64,000 nucleotides of DNA from Octopus vulgaris (taxonomy: Eukaryota), in NCBI GenBank assembly GCA_951406725.2, contig OX597818.1:47492001-47556000 (forward strand), written 5' to 3'. The position numbers and the translations under genes are program-made. The first letter of the stretch is position 1, and the number at the start of each line of letters is the position of its first letter. Below the pieces are notes generated by a model that searched no databases, was not told the origin of the DNA, and was given only the letters and a program-made list of their open reading frames with translations. Positions 40,671 to 53,399 of the stretch are shown one piece after another.

Positions 40671-41882
40671 ATATGTTTATACATTTATGCATTTGAATGT
40701 TAAAATGAGAGAACAATACTAAGAATATGTGTTAGAGATAATTGATTCATTTAAAGCTTCACTCTGTTATTACTCTGAAGTTCCTGGTCCCTAATATTTG
40801 ATAAGAGTTGGGACATAAAGTTAGTGAGAAGAGGAGGGGCTGTGTCCTTTACATTTACTGATCCACCCAGAAGAGTGAGACTGACATTTGGTTTGAGCTG
40901 TATTTTGATGTCAGTTGGAAAAAAATATTCATGGGAGAAAGAATTCTATTTCTGCTGAGGAAGAATTGGATGAAGTGCTGGGGGGGGTGCAGCATGGATA
41001 AAGGAGGAAGAGAAATGCATGTGTTTTGTGGGTATTGCTCTTGTTGTTGTTGTTGTTGGTGGTGGTGGTAGTGGTTTGTTTGTTTGTTGAGCGAAGCGAT
41101 CTTCGTCCCAGTGGGAGAAGTCAGAAACATGGGCCTTTGCTATTCGTAAGACCCGCAGAAGAGAAAGCAGGTCAACCCCTGACACTGAGAGCATCAACAG
41201 ATGGATGAATGTGCATCCAGGCTCAGCGGTTACGTAGGAAGTTGGGGACAAGAAACAGGAAGAAAGAGTGAGAGAAAGTTGGAGCAAAAGAGTACATTAG
41301 GGTTCGCCACCACCCACTGCCGGAGCCTCGTGGAGCTTTAGGTGTTTTTCACTCTATAAACACACACAACGCCTGGTCTGGGAATCGAAACCGCGATCCT
41401 CCGACCGCGAGTCCGCTGCCCTAACCATTGGGCCATTGTGCCTCCACTGTTGTTGGTGGTGATGGTGGTGGTGGTGGGGTATGCAATTAGCCAGTCCAGG
41501 GCAGCAGAGATTGATGTTGAAGTGGCTAAGAAACAAAATAAGAAAATAGCATATCCAGTTTGTTCATCATCGTTTAACGTCCGTTTTCCATGCTAGCATG
41601 GGTTGGACGATTTGACTGAGGTCTGACAAACCAGATGGCTGCACCAGACTCCAATCTGATCTGGCAGAGTTTCTACAGTTAGATGCCCTTTCTAATACCA
41701 ACCACTCCGAGAGTGTGGTGGGTGCTTTTATGTGTCACTGGCACAAGGGCCAGTCAGGCAGTACTGAAAACGGCCACGCTCAAATGGTGCTTTTATTGTT
41801 CCACCTGCACAGGAGCCAGTCCAGCGGCACTGGCAACAACCTCACTTGAATGTTTTTTCACATGCCACCAGCACAAGTGCCA

Positions 41883-42171
41883 GTAAGGCGATGCAGGTAA
41901 GTAAGGTGACGCAGGTAAATAAGACAATGCAGGTAAGTAAGGCGACGCAGGTAAAGTAAGGTGACGCAGGTAAGTAAGGTGACGTAGGTAAGTAAGGCGA
42001 TGCAGGTAAGTAAGGTGACGAAGGTAAGTAAGGCGACACAGGTAAAGTAAGGCGACACAGGTAAAGTAAGGTGATGCAGGTAAGTAAGGCGTCACAGGTA
42101 AAGTAAGGCAACGCAGGTAAGTAAGGCAACGCAGGTAAAGTAAAGTGACGCAGGTAAGTAAGGCGATGCAG
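41883..42171 (+). repeat. 18-19-bp minisatellite, 16 units (GTAAGGYGAYGCAGGTAA[A])
   Basis: Units counted directly. The array abuts the truncated end of an RTE 3'UTR copy. Confidence 0.95.
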
Positions 42172-43249
42172 AAAGCACAAAATGAGTGAATATTTGTTGT
42201 TCGACCAGAAAACCTTTTGGGTGTAATCAAGAGTATTTGCATGTGTAACAGAATTAAAATCTTTTGTTTCTATGACAGTTCCAAATGTTTAATCTTCTTT
42301 TTTATTGCATATCCATTGAAATATTCAACCATTGTTTCAATTTTTAGAATTATAAAAATTTTAAGAATTATAAAAAAAGAAAAAATGAAATATCTGTCAA
42401 TATTAAAATGGCATTTGAAGCATCAATTAACATGACGTTTTGATGGGATTTTTTAGTTTAGATTTCTTCAAAACTGGGAATTTGTATCATAGAACTAGGT
42501 GTAGTCTCAAGTGGGTTGATTTCAAAAGGATTAATTGTAACCTACATTTTTTGTTTCCTTCTGTTGACCTGCATTGAACATGATGGTGAACGCCACACAT
42601 GCAATTAATTATAAGATTTGCCTTGTATTGTTATATCATTTTGTTATTCAAAGCTAATAATACCTGAGTCACCGCTCCTCGCAGTGTTGAATTTCTGATG
42701 AATCTCAGTAAACATCTGACCATAGAAATCTATGATGCTTGTTGACCATGATGTTAGGGGTGAAGATGAAGACAACGATGATGATGGTGATGATGATGAT
42801 GATGATGATGAAGATGAAGATTACATTACACATTAGCATTGAGGTGATGCAGTGAATCAGTAAGAATGATTGAAAGTAAAGACAATAGACATTTCTGCAT
42901 ATCAAAACGGAGTTTTATACTTCATCTTAAAAAGACAGGTTGAGAAGGTAATAAACGCTACTTGAGCAAATGTTAAGATAATATTGATCTAACAGTTCAT
43001 AGGTTGGCAGTTAATTCCCATCAAGGTGGATTAACTAATGGAAGTAAAGGCTTCTTCAATAATATGAGTGAAACCCATATTACTGACTGGTGATGTACGA
43101 ACTAGTCATAGATTTGTAACAAGCACAGCAGAGTAATTAGATTTCAGTGATATGAATTACTTTGATATTTATAACATTATTTTACAAAAGAAGGTTGATT
43201 ATTCTAAATTACCTTTTTCACATTTGCATGTCTGTAGAGAAAAATGAGG

Positions 43250-43626
43250 GGAAGCGCAATGGCCCAGTGGTTAGGGCAGCGGACTCGCGGTCATAGGATC
43301 GCAGTTTCGATTCCCAGACCGGGCGTTGTGAGTGTTTATTGAGCGAAAACACCTAAAGCTCCACGAGGCTCCGGCAGGGGATGGTGGTGATCCCTGCTGT
43401 ACTCTTTCACCACAACTTTCTCTCACTCTTACTTCCTGTTTCTGTTGTACCTGTATTTCAAAGGGCTGGCCTTGTCACTCTCTGTGTCACACTGAATATC
43501 CCCGAGAACTACGTTAAGGGTACATGTGTCTGTGGAGTGCTCAGCCACTTACACGTTAATTTCATGAGCAGGCTGTTCCATTGATTCGGATCAACCGGAA
43601 CCCTCGTCGTTGTAACCGACGGAGTG
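43250..43626 (+). mobile_element. tRNA-derived SINE family C
   Basis: A box TGGCCCAGTGG, B box GTTTCGATTCC, followed by a non-tRNA body. Related heads at 41100-41445(-), 44561-44838(+), 52110-52370(-), 39938-40180, 20468-20630 and 19890-20163. Confidence 0.85.
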
Positions 43627-44518
43627 AGAAAGAGGGAGAGAGAGGAGAGAAAAATGAACTGTTGAGAAGAACAACAATGAAAATAGATTATAGATAATGT
43701 TTTTCTTTATTTCTTACATACCGACAGAAAATAGACCTCTTCTAATCTTATTGGTAGAACAATGTGATAATCATCACAACATGTGGTTTGTGATTACAGG
43801 TTAAAATAGAATATAACATGTCTTAATCTACAAAGTCATATTAAGGAAAAGTTTATATAAGCAGCTTTGAGAATGCATATACTTATTTTTGAGGTGTATA
43901 AATGTGAATGAATATTCTTTTACGCGTTTCAATCATTTGACAGTGGCCATGTTGGAGCACCACCTTCTAGTCAAGGAAATCGACCCCAGGACTTATTCTT
44001 TGTAAGCCTGGCACTTATCCTATCGGTGTCTTTTGCCAAACCTCTAAATTATAGGGATGTAAACACACAAACATCGGTTGTCAAGTGATGGTGTTGGGGC
44101 AAACACAGACACAAAGACACACACATAAACATATACGATGGGCTTTTTTTCAGTTTCTGTCCACCAAATCCACTCACAAGGTTTTGGTTGGCCTGAGACT
44201 GCAGTAGAAGAGACTTGTCCAAGGTGCCACGCAGTGGAACTGAACTTGGAACCATGTGGTTGGGAAGAGAGCTTCTTACCACACAGCCACACCTGTTGTA
44301 GAAAGATACATATATAGGCACAGGCATGGGCGTATAGCTAAAAAGCTTGCTTTCCAGCCCTATGGTTTCAAGTTCAGTTCCACCGCACTGCACCTCGAGC
44401 AAATGTTTGTAGAAATAGAGGATAATTTTATATGGTATAAGTTATAGAGCAAACAGTAAACGGTTGTCATTATTAGTACTCAGTGTTTTGAATGTCGGAG
44501 CAAAGAGCTATGGTACAC

Positions 44519-44559
<41 letters not shown>

Positions 44560-45934
44560 CAAATGGCCCAGTGGTTAGGGCAGCGGACTTGTGGTCATAG
44601 GATCACGGTTTCGATTCCCAGACCGGGTGTTGTGAGTGTTTATTGAGTGAAAATACCTAAAGCTCCAAGAAGCTCCAGCAAGGGGTGGCGGCGATCCCTA
44701 CTGTACTCTTTTGCTGCAACTTTTAGCCTTCAAATGATGCAAGGTGGCGTCATTTGAAGGCTAAAACAATGCAAAGTGCATTGCGACCAGCGATGTGTAG
44801 CAACATCTGATAGCCTGGTTGGTCACGTGATCACGTGATGTATATATGAATGTAACAAGGTGGATGAGGTGGAGTGGGGTTAGCCTATGATGGTCTAATG
44901 TCCTGTTGAGGGTAGAGTATTGTAATTATGGTCACTTATACACCACAGAAACCTGAATAACTCCAACCTAATGAGACTGCAGGCTCATGACAAACCTAAA
45001 ATCTAAAGACAGGTGTGATAGATGTAGATAAAGTATATGTTTTTAACTGGTAAAAGCTATTCTATCATGGCAAAGCCATAGGAAAAAAGAGAGAAAGAGA
45101 CAGAGTGTGTGTGTGTGTGAGAGAGAGAGAGAGCGTGTGTGATTGTGAGAGAGAGATAGAGAAAGAGAGAGAGACACATACACACACACACTCATACCCC
45201 CCCCCCCACACACACACACATGGCTTAGCCATGGTTGCTGATGATGGCAAAAAAAGTCGATTCTGTTCTGTGTTGTTGCTTCCTGGTGTCTGGATGGAAA
45301 GGTCAGCTGCTGGACTGTCCAACTGAATTGAGCCAAAAGCCAAGAGTCATTTGAGTGTTCTGTTTAAATAGCCGAAGAAGATGGATTACTCACCAGTAGT
45401 CTGTGATTGACTAAAATAACATGTATGACAATGATGAAGCCAGAATAAGTCATACGTCCTGTTTAACTTGCAGGAAAAGAAATAATAAAAAAGACCTTTA
45501 GACAGTAAGTTTGGCTAGAATAACACATTACAAGGCAAAGAGACCAACATGACAGCAGCAAATGGAATCACAACACATTATCCAAGATTACCAAATGAAC
45601 ATAGATTCTGTTCTTATTTAAATTATTAATGGCTTTTGGTATAGAAGTTTCTCTAATTTGTGTATTTAGTGCTATTTAAATAAACTCTATAATCATTATT
45701 TTTTTTTTATGTTAAAAAGTACCAACCGATTGTGGCCGTTGCCAGCCTCCCCTGGCACCTGTGCCGGTGGCACGTAAAAAGCACCCACTACACTCATGGA
45801 GTGGTTGGCGTTAGGAAGGGCATCCAGCTGTAGAAACACTGCCAGATCAGACTGGAGCTTGGTGCAGCCTCCTGGCTTCCCAGACCCCGGTTGAACCATC
45901 CAACCCATGCTAGCATGGAAAATGGACGTTAAAC

Positions 45935-45965
<31 letters not shown>

Positions 45966-46167
45966 TTATATTTGAAAAATAGTGGGTGCTGGCATGGTTG
46001 TGTGGTAAGAAGTTTGCTTCTCAAAAACATGGTCCTGAGTTCAGTCCCATTGTGTGGTACCTTGGGTAAGTTGCTTCTCTTATGGCCCTGGGCCAACTAA
46101 AGACTTATGATTGGATTTGGTAGATGGAAACTGAAAGAAATCTGTCACATATGTACATGTGTATATG

Positions 46168-46737
46168 TTAGTTAGTTAGTTAGTTAATTTTTGGCTCAAA
46201 AAGCAAAAAGCAAGGCCATGTAGGGGGACATGGAGTTATGTACAGGGTGGTGTTCATGTAAAGAGTTCAGGCCACTTGTGGTCAAGGGAGACTTTGAACC
46301 GAGCGGTCGTCGGCATCTTCACTATCTCGTCCGGCAGCTTATTCCACGGATTCGCAACCCAGACGGAGAAAGCCCCTCTCCTTCGATTGAGATGAAATCG
46401 TCACAGATAGAGCTTTTCGGAGTGACCCCGCAGCTGATGCTCTGGAGCAGGAGTAAAGAACAGCTCTTTCGAGAGGTTACACTTTCCGCTTATGATGCTG
46501 CGAGCAAGAATGAGATCGCCACTTCGTTGTCGTTTTTCTAGAGAATAAAGGTCGAGTGTCTTCAGCCTTTCTTCATAAGACAAATTCTTGAGACCAAGAA
46601 CCATGTGGGTAGCCAGCTTCTGGACTCTTTCAAGATGCTGTATGTCTTTGAGGAGATAAGGAGAAGAGGCTTGAATCCCGTACTCCAATATGGGTCTCAC
46701 CAGCGTGACATAGAGCGGTAGGAATATGGCTGCTGTG
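46168..46737 (-). mobile_element. CR1-clade LINE 3' fragment with (TAAC)n tail
   Basis: LYVTLVRPILEYG...DIQHLERVQKLAT...LSYEERLKTLDLYSLEKR..RGH..KL...WNKLP is the typical CR1 C-terminus. Short 3'UTR, then (TAAC)n. Confidence 0.9.
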
Positions 46738-47365
46738 CCCGTGTATGTGTGTGTGTGTGCATGTGTTGATGATTTGAATATAAAAATTTCTGTCGATTCA
46801 CTGAGGAGCAATAAATTGCAGAACTCAATACATAGATGTAGAGTGTTCTTTAATACATAAATACTGAGAGGCTCATAATTCCAGTTCACTGAGCTTCATG
46901 TTTCTAATCATCCGGCTGAGCAATCTGAGCCTGTTTTCTCTTGACTCAATTGATATTTGAATATATTTTGAAAAATTATATGAAAGTTATAAAAAGCATA
47001 AAAATAAGTATTTTCTTCATAACTTTCAAAATATGTTTCAGAATATGTTCAAATAACAGATAATTCACAAGAAAACAGGCTTTGATTACCAGGTGAATAA
47101 TCAGAAATGGGAAACTCAGAGCAATGGAATTAGGAGCCTTTTGGTTATAAAAGTTTCCTTTTTTTATTCTCTCTCTGCTTATTTTCTCGTGTTCCTTTCT
47201 GTTGAAGAGCATAGGCTCAAAACGTAAAAGACTTTCTCACCTTCCTGAGCGTTAAACTAATACAGCCTTTGTTGTTTACACACCTGTTCTTCATCTTTTA
47301 TTTTTTTGTAAATTCCAACTATGTGTGTGTGTGTGTATGTGTGCATACATATATATATACACACA

Positions 47366-47586
47366 CAGTAATCCCTCGACTGTCATGAGTGTAACATTCC
47401 AACATCCCCGCAATAGGTGAAAATCCACAAAATAGGAACAGTACTGTACTGTATTTTTTAAAAATTATTTTTATAATTTGTATATATTTATTCTGTTATA
47501 AATGCAAAACAACACCACAGAGGAATCAACATAAGCTTAAATAATATACTGTGATAGGTGAACAGTGATATGGCAAGGGATTATAG
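47366..47586. mobile_element. Tigger/pogo-like MITE
   Basis: CAGTAATCCCTCG ... CAAGGGATTATAG degenerate TIRs within a TA/CA microsatellite. Confidence 0.65.
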
Positions 47587-47615
47587 TATATATATATATC
47601 TATCCATCTTATATA

Positions 47616-47700
<85 letters not shown>

Positions 47701-47721
47701 GTATATATATATATGTATATG

Positions 47722-47772
<51 letters not shown>

Positions 47773-47800
47773 GTATATATATATATGTATATATATATAT

Positions 47801-47848
<48 letters not shown>

Positions 47849-47974
47849 ATGTGTATGTGTGTGTATAAAATAAAATATTAATAATGAAATTATTGTGTAT
47901 AGTATCAAAGATGCATGTATAGTACATATAATTATGTACAAATATCAGGAAAGTGATCAGTGTATGAGTCATGA

Positions 47975-48290
47975 TATACATGTGTGCATGTGTATGGAAG
48001 GGGTGGATATCAGGTGTTGTGTTGGTGATTTGCAGGAAGCATGGAGGCTTTAAGGTTTTAAAGGATGCATTGTCTTGGCAGCTAACAACTGTTCCATGCT
48101 TCAGCAACTCTGAGTGTGAAAAAAATGTTTCTGAAAGTCAAGGGAGCTGTGCTGTTTTCTGACTTTGTAGGTATACCCATGTGTGTTAGACACATGGAAT
48201 TGAAAAAGATGGTCAAGGCTGTTGTTGGATTGATGGTTAATGTATCCATGCCCAGGGAAGCAAGGCGTTCAGAGTATGTTAGATGTTTGA
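47975..48290 (-). mobile_element. Older CR1-like LINE 3' fragment (second family)
   Basis: Minus strand translates to SNTHGYTYKVRKQHSSLDFQKHFFTLRVAEAWN, matching the CR1 TRGH.YKL...FFS.RV...WN motif. Confidence 0.7.
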
Positions 48291-48643
48291 TGGAGGGTAT
48301 TCATTTGGTTGCACGTCTCTCCCCAGGACTTATTCTATTGGTCTCTTTTGCCGAACCTCTAAATTGCAGGGACATAAACACACCAGCATTAGTTGTCAAG
48401 CAATGTTTGTGGTGGGGGGGACAAACACAGACACACAAACATACACACACACACACATATATACAATGGTCTTCTTTCAGTCTCCGTCTACCAAATCCAC
48501 TCACAAGGATTTGGTTGGCCTGAGGCTATAGTAGAAGACACTTGCCCAAGGTGCCACACAATGGGACTGAACCCAGAACCATGTGGTTGGGAAGCAAGCT
48601 ACTTACCACACAGTCTCTCTTGTGCCTATATATATATACACAG

Positions 48644-49640
48644 ATCATCATCATCATCATCGTTTAATGTCCGTTTTCTATGCTAGAAAGGGTTGGACGG
48701 TTCGACCGGGGTCAGGGATACCAGGAGGCTGCACCAGGCTCCAGTCTGATCTGGATGCCCTTCCTAATGCCAACCACTCTGTGAGTGTAGTGGGTGCTTT
48801 TTACGTGCCACCAGTACATGGGCGAGAGGAGACTGGCAATAGCCACGATCAGTTGGTACTTTTTACGTGTCACCAACACGGACGCCAGTCAAGGTCGCAC
48901 TGGTATCGGCCACGTTCGGATGGTGCTTTTTACGTGCCACTGGCATGGGTATCACAACTACAATTTCCAGTCACAGCATATTTCAGAGGTCTCAGTCTTT
49001 CGTCATTGCCTCTGTGAGGCCCAGTGTGTCACCGGCATGTGTATCACAACTACAATATCTATTTGATTTTTATTTTGATGTTGATGTACTTGACTCAATA
49101 GGTCTCCTCAAGCACAGCAGGTTACCCTACGATCCAAGGTTAGCATAGCAGGCCGTCCTGCGAGCCATGAACTCACTTCATTTGTCAGGTCTTCACATTC
49201 ACAGCATATCTCCAGAGGTCTCGGCCTTTCGTCATTGCCTCTGTGAGGCCCAACATTCGAAGGTCATGCTTGACCACCTCATCCCATGTCTTCCTGGGTC
49301 TACCTCTACCCTGGATTTCTTTAACAGTTTGGGAGTGGCACTTCTTCACATATCTCTCCTCGTCCATCCATAGTACATGACCATACCAATGCAAACATCT
49401 CTCCTGCATGCCACATCCGATGCTTCTTATGTCCAACATTTCTCTCAGGGTACTTACACTCTGTCGTGCATGCACGCTGATATTACACATCCAGCGGATC
49501 ATGCTAGCTTAATTTCTTTCGAGCCTACGCATGTTCTCCGCAGTCATGGCCCATGTTTCACTGCTGTAAAGCATGGCTGTTCGCATATATGCATCGTACA
49601 ATCTACCTTTCACTCTGAGCTTGAGACCCTTTGTCGCCAG
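48644..49640 (-). mobile_element. RTE-clade LINE 3' portion: ORF end, 3'UTR with ~60-bp subunits and (GAT)n tail
   Basis: ORF 49185-49502 has LHWYGHVLWMDEERYVKK...GRGRPRKTWDEVVKHDL...RDLWR (RTE C-terminal motif). It runs, with a short internal duplication near 48970-49025, into the abundant GGAAGGGCATCCAG...CCATGCTAGCATGG...(GAT)n repeat. Confidence 0.9.
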
Positions 49641-51673
49641 TAGGGGAAGAAGCTTACATATATATATTTATATTTATACATACACACACATATATATATA
49701 TATATATATGGATTTATGTATGTATGTGTGAATATATATATATATATATATATATATTCAGAAAAAGGAGGTATTTTTAGCACTAGAGTTAACCACTTAG
49801 CGGTAACTCTCTTATATTTAAGTATATATATATATATATATACACACACACATGTATGTATGTATGTATATATATGTATGTTTGTGTGTCTTTGTGTTTC
49901 TTCCCTGCTACCACTTGAAAACCAGCATTAGTTTGTTTATGTCCCCATAACTTAGTGGTTCTGCTAAAGAGACCATTAGAATAAGCTCCAGGCTTTAAAA
50001 ATAAGTGCTGGGAATTGATTTGTTCGAATAACCTCTTCAAAGGTGTACTCCAGCATGACCACAAACCAATGACTGAAACAAATAAAAAATAAAAAGATAA
50101 ACAAGACCATACCAGAAGGCGAGAAAATGGTTCTATTACTGGAATATGGTTTGAGGATACCTGCACTTTTTTAAAATCAAACTGGCAACTTTCAGCTTTT
50201 GGTACCAGACAGCAGTTTGAATATCGACTTTCTTTTCATTACACATCTGTATTAGCCTTTCTCATCCTTGTAGAAAACAACGAGGTTCAATCTAGTTTTG
50301 ATCCTCATTCCATTGACATTCTTGCATTGCTGTTTTGTGCATCACCTAGGATACACAAAATTTGGTTATGCTATAAAACGATGCTCTACAAGGAATGGCT
50401 TGCATGCTGTCAAAGCATACTCCTACAATGCATAACAGCTACACTGCTGACAATGGGAAGTCTGACGTTGCCTAATATTGCTGGGGATGGAAGCAGATCA
50501 TACACAGCTCTAAGAAGGAATTACAATATAGGTGGCTCCATTTTTCCCTCTTAGTGGCCATTTGCCTTGGCTTCTTAACCTTAATTCTTTAGCCGCATTC
50601 TCCTCCTCTTTAATATGACTAATTTCTTTGCTCACCACACACACAAACACACACACACACACATTTGAAAAATGAATGGAGATGGCTTGCGGTGGGGATA
50701 ATTTTTATTTTCATTTTTATAATAATGATTACAGTGAGTTACTCTGATATGAGTTTTGAGCTTCAAGTAGCAGTTTTCGAACTGAAAAATGCATTTTACT
50801 GGTTGCTCAAATAGCAATAGACCTTTTCTTAGAAGTATACATACAATGTGTGCGTGTGTGCATGTGTTTGTATATATATATATATACAAAAGAAGGGTTA
50901 AAATATATAAAAAATATTAAAAAATATATATAAAAAATACAAAGGCATGTATGAAGAAACAGAAGATGATGAAGAAGAAGAAGAAGAACAACAACAACAA
51001 CAACTACAAGAAGAAGGAAGAACAAAGAAAAAGAAGAAGAAAATAAATGAAATAAAGAAGAAAAGGAAAATAAATATATAAATAAAAATAAAAATACAAC
51101 TAATAGTAACTGAGAACAGTGTCTGTGTTTATCCTTCCACCATCGCTTAACAAATGATGTTAGCATGCCTATGTCCCCATAACTTAACAGTTCGCCAAAA
51201 GTGACCAATAGAATAAATACTAGGCTTACAAAGATTAAGTCCGGGGGTCAATTTGTTCAACTGAAGGTAGTGCTCCAGCATGGCCACAGCCAAATTACTG
51301 AAACAAATAAAAGCATACATATATATTTATACGTATAGACATGTATGTAACATACGGTATAATTATAAACAGGGCAAATTTCAGCCCTTTCACCACAGAC
51401 TGGAAAAAATGAACAACCTTGACCATACCAACCAGGATGAAACCACCTCTGGCTCCATAGTAAAAACGTTTTGTTTCCATAATTTTTGGATTAAAATCTT
51501 CCACCAAACCTTAGTCACAATTTATATTCCTAACACTAGCGTAGTGTTAATTAATTTATTTCACTAAATTCTTTGTTATAATAAACACAGAGCATCTCCA
51601 AATAATATGGTAATGAAAGGGTTAATTGAGTTTTAAATCTTATTGGTTTCCCATCAGAGGCATCCACCTCACT

Positions 51674-51917
51674 CAGACAATCTTCAAAGAAGCGACTAGT
51701 TAAACTGTTTATATACTCAACAAATACAGCAGTTACTCTACGAAGGGTTGCTTAACCCTTTAGTGTTCAGATTACTCTGTTAAATGTAATACTTTTTCAC
51801 TCAAATTGTTTTGAATTGATCCTGGATCATCTTACAGACAATCTTCAAAGAAGCGACTAGTTAAACTGTTTATATACTCAACGAATACAGCAGTTACTCT
51901 ATGAAGGGTTGCTTAAT
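51674..51917. repeat. ~82-bp direct repeat bracketing a MITE fragment
   Basis: CAGACAATCTTCAAAGAAGCGACTAG...GAAGGGTTGCTTAA at about 51674 and 51835. Confidence 0.85.
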
Positions 51918-52062
51918 TTGCATACTGAAAGTGCTTAACATTATAAATATCAGTGACCTGTCAACGGGGATCTTAGTCCACATAGTATTAAGGCATGATA
52001 TAATATAAATGTAACATATGGTATAATTACCATATGATAGTCTGGTCGGTCACGTGATCATG

Positions 52063-52110
<48 letters not shown>

Positions 52111-52444
52111 TGTGATCACATGACCGACCAGACTATCAGATGTTGCTACACATTGCTGGTCACAATGTGCTTCGCATTGTTTTAGCCTTCAAATGACGCC
52201 ATCCTGCTGGCGAAAGAGTACAGCAGGGATTGCCACCACCCCCTGCCAGAGCCTCGTGGAGGTTTGCGTGTTTTCACTCAATAAACGCTCACAATGCCCG
52301 GCCTGGGAATCGAAACCGCGACCCTATGACCGCAAGTCCGCTGCCCTAACCACTAGGCCATTGTGCCTCCACACACACATATATATATATACACACATAC
52401 ACATACAAATACCTCTATATATACATATATATGTGTGTGTGTGG

Positions 52445-52590
52445 ATGGTACCCATTGAAGAGGGCGACCCAGGAAAACGTGGGATGAAGTGGTAAGGACT
52501 GATCTCAGGAAGTTGGACCTCACAGAGGAAATGACCATGGACTAAGCTCTCTAGTGATATGAAGTTCTTGAGAAGGCCCACCCACATCAG
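52445..52590 (+). mobile_element. RTE LINE C-terminal fragment
   Basis: Encodes RPRKTWDEVVRTDLRKLDLTEEMT. Confidence 0.75.
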
Positions 52591-52952
52591 CGAAACTGAG
52601 TTCTAGAAGTGTTGTGTAGGAAACCTCTCACATACTCTACTCCAATGAACCAAACTACGTCTCTACATCAATTCTCTTTCTCACATTTCCACTTGGTGTA
52701 CTATGATTACCTCCCACTCCACAATCTTGTCCCCTTGGCCCAGTGCCACTGTATCATTGCTCTCTGCTTGCCCCCCAACCTGTGTGTTTTACCCACATGC
52801 CTTGTTTCACTCTATTATTGCCATCTGCTAGCCCTGACCTGGGTATTCCCCCCACTCATAACAAGAAAAATTTTCCCTCGCCTTACCCCCAACAATTTAC
52901 ATCTTTTCTCTTTCTCTATATATATATATATATATATAAATATATATACATG

Positions 52953-53010
<58 letters not shown>

Positions 53011-53260
53011 CATGCATAGTGAAACAATATAAAAGTGAAACTATTTATAACTTACTCCATCAAAGGTTTCACTTTTATTCTTTGAGTTTTGAGATGTAAT
53101 ATGGACCAGTGCCAAAGTTGCATTGTTTTAATTCCCCAAAATTATATGTTGACACTCCTGGGGTCTGATAGTATTACCATGTAAAATCTGATTTGATTTA
53201 GTTGAGCCGTTTGAGGATGCATTGAGAACAGATAGAGATACTATATGTGCATCTTTCTGT

Positions 53261-53317
<57 letters not shown>

Positions 53318-53399
53318 ATATGTGTGTGTATGTCTACATAACAGCCTACTAACATATCTACCTGTGTATGAATAAACTGTGGGTATTGGGGTATCACTA

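Noticed and set aside
40282-40722. Poly-His/Asp/Gly/Ser/Pro/Met ORFs
   Set aside because: Products of the (GAT)/(GGT) repeat extending an RTE tail; no splice or context support.
41793-42242. ORFs with LTYLR/PASPYL repeats; also considered as a CRISPR-like array
   Set aside because: Translation of the minisatellite. Units are contiguous with no unique spacers, the context is eukaryotic and no cas genes are present.
43252-43325. tRNA gene
   Set aside because: A and B boxes are present, but it continues into a repeated SINE body with no proper acceptor stem or terminator; it is a SINE head.
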